A stretch of 55,034 nt of DNA from a virus (taxonomy: Duplodnaviria; Caudoviricetes). The position numbers and the translations under genes were made by a program. The stretch is taken from positions 1-55,034 of the IMG/VR virus record IMGVR_UViG_3300022074_000051; one strand, 5' to 3'. Shown here in pieces: positions 54,854-55,034 of the stretch. Position 1 is the first letter of the stretch, and the number at the start of each line of letters is the position of its first letter. The notes beneath the pieces are model-generated. The model worked only from the letters and a program-made list of their open reading frames with translations. It was not told the DNA's origin and did no database searches.

Positions 54854-55034
54854 CTATTCTCCGTATATTTCTGATGCTGAAGGGAACGTTATTGCTGATA
54901 CCAGTATGTTATTTACTCGGTTTAGACCGTCTTTTGGCCAATAACCAAACACTTTTTGTGTTCCACTTCTTACAGAGTAATTATCTCCAAGTGAAGAAGT
55001 TGTCCAAGAATAGTTGTAGTCTGATGCTGGTATT
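54854..55034 (-). CDS. C-terminal end of an upstream gene (partial)
   Basis: Open frame IPASDYNYSW...AITFPSASEIYGE*, ending 1 nt before the next ATG and containing that gene's GGAG SD. Confidence 0.65.
   Translation of the reverse strand, partial: IPASDYNYSWTTSSLGDNYSVRSGTQKVFGYWPKDGLNRVNNILVSAITFPSASEIYGE

Noticed and set aside
1-55034. Genome-wide stop-codon reassignment
   Set aside because: TAA, TAG and TGA all terminate full-length conserved genes with tight packing under code 11.
1-55034. tRNA or rRNA genes
   Set aside because: Intergenic gaps are short and none shows a cloverleaf or T-loop GTTCRA in a suitable context.

Overview
A 55-kb fragment of a large T4-like (contractile-tailed) dsDNA phage genome. 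It covers most of the virion morphogenesis region, and every credible gene lies on the minus strand in standard code 11. In transcription order (high to low coordinates) it contains: very large putative baseplate/virion proteins; an embedded DNA-metabolism block (RuvC-like resolvase, primase, a single-chain SbcD-SbcC/Mre11-Rad50 fusion) behind consensus sigma70 promoters; a holin/spanin-like membrane trio; terminase, portal and prohead protease; ribosomal protein bS21; fibre-like proteins; scaffold and major capsid; neck, tail terminator, sheath and two tube paralogues; a tail chaperone pair; and the start of a tape-measure gene. Structural genes are preceded by a recurrent ACTATTTA motif (candidate late promoter). 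The most interesting unexplained features are: (1) a ~90-nt three-way-junction leader RNA with complementary loops and an internal anti-Shine-Dalgarno, heading a small self-contained unit behind the capsid gene; (2) a +1/-2 slippery site joining the chaperone ORFs; (3) a shared MKLIMENWR N-terminal tag on unrelated proteins, one of them GNAT-like; (4) a 17-aa Cys-Cys peptide followed by UGA and a hairpin; (5) [ST]-[GA]-S enrichment in virion proteins. Functional calls rest on recognised motifs and gene order only; no database search was run.
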